Source of the DNA: Candidatus Saccharimonadota bacterium
GTDB taxonomy: Bacteria > Patescibacteriota > Gracilibacteria > UBA1369 > 2-02-FULL-48-14
Assembly (NCBI GenBank): GCA_965230905.1
Contig: OZ246396.1
Coordinates: forward strand, 810,001 to 842,000
Direction of reading: 5' to 3'
DNA: 32,000 nt
The notes beneath the pieces are model-generated. The model saw only the letters and a list, made by a program, of their open reading frames with translations. It did no database searches and was not told where the DNA came from. Shown here piece after piece: positions 31,729 to 32,000 of this stretch. The translations under genes were made by a program, and so were the position numbers. Positions within the stretch are counted from its first letter, which is position 1. The number at the start of each line of letters is the position of its first letter.

Positions 31729-32000
31729 TTACACCCTTAACGAGCCGCGGAATCCTCTAGCGGCGTAGTAGGATTCTGCACCGTTGTGGTACACGAAAAC
31801 AGTATTGTAGCGGCGATCGCAAAACAGAGCGCCGCCGAGTTTTCGAATCGCGGGAGGTGTCTTAATCCAGCTCGAGGTCTTTAAGTCGAACTCGCCCAGT
31901 TCCTGCAAAGCTCGATATTCTTCTTCCGTCAAAAGTTCAATGTCCATGTCGGCGGCCATCTCAATCGCGCTATTTTTGGGTTTGTGTTCTTTTCGAGCAT
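31729..32000 (-). CDS. DUF4256 domain protein, 5'-partial (continues beyond the window end)
   Basis: The frame stays open upstream of the track's Met to position 32000 (..ARKEHKPKNSAIEMAADMDIELLTEEEY...). The C-terminus LGGALFCDRRYNTVFVYHNGAESYYAARGFRGSLRV matches my recollection of DUF4256. Confidence 0.65.
   Translation of the reverse strand, partial: ARKEHKPKNSAIEMAADMDIELLTEEEYRALQELGEFDLKTSSWIKTPPAIRKLGGALFCDRRYNTVFVYHNGAESYYAARGFRGSLRV

Noticed and set aside
1-32000. A search for mobile-element boundaries, integrases, transposases, CRISPR repeats, restriction-modification or other known defence genes.
   Set aside because: None was found by eye. The only nuclease-type genes are the HNH, MazF-like and NYN genes described above, so no defence island or mobile element can be delimited.

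Overview
The window is gene-dense bacterial chromosome. I support about 45 protein-coding genes on both strands. I found no rRNA, tRNA, CRISPR array, transposase or integrase. TGA, TAA and TAG all act as stops, so the code is standard.

Content runs in blocks:
- (1) 1-2432: trhO (5'-partial), a convergent HNH endonuclease gene overlapping its 3' end, and a lower-GC spacer with one doubtful small ORF.
- (2) 2433-10751: a co-directional minus-strand envelope block. It runs ECF sigma factor, membrane-anchored M23 peptidase in the anti-sigma position, SanA/DUF218, YibE/F, and a metal ABC ATPase plus permease with no binding-protein gene. It ends in a very acidic surface protein of about 880 aa with three C-terminal SLH domains, its own promoter and a multi-hairpin 3' end.
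- (3) 10888-15962: a 45-aa Lys/Ala/Pro-rich ORF missed by the ORF track, a lipoprotein, a divergent erythromycin-esterase-family protein, a YadG/YadH-like ABC-2 exporter, a class-A beta-lactamase-like serine hydrolase and a small membrane protein.
- (4) 15966-18804: yajQ, divergent from a 607-aa protein with no motif I recognise, followed by a small membrane-anchored protein.
- (5) 18801-21897: a NUDIX / SDR / pirin / S51 peptidase / VOC cluster.
- (6) 22151-26150: an OmpR-type two-component system preceded by a secreted triple-repeat His/Gly-linker protein, and an SLH-anchored esterase.
- (7) 26211-32000: a cold-shock protein with an acidic tail, an arsR-SRPBCC-ogt operon, a lipoprotein, a TMEM175-type channel, a lower-GC patch with an orphan MazF/PemK-like toxin and an NYN RNase, and a DUF4256-SRPBCC-VOC-VOC operon.

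A cross-cutting observation is that I see no Shine-Dalgarno motifs. Many first genes carry a -10-like hexamer only 6-9 nt before the ATG, which suggests leaderless or SD-independent initiation.

No complete, obviously novel multi-gene system can be proven from sequence alone. The best candidates for follow-up are the sigma/M23 pair, the orphan 607-aa gene pair, the triple-repeat protein with its two-component system, and the MazF-like/NYN patch. All functional calls rest on motif recognition by eye; no database search was run.
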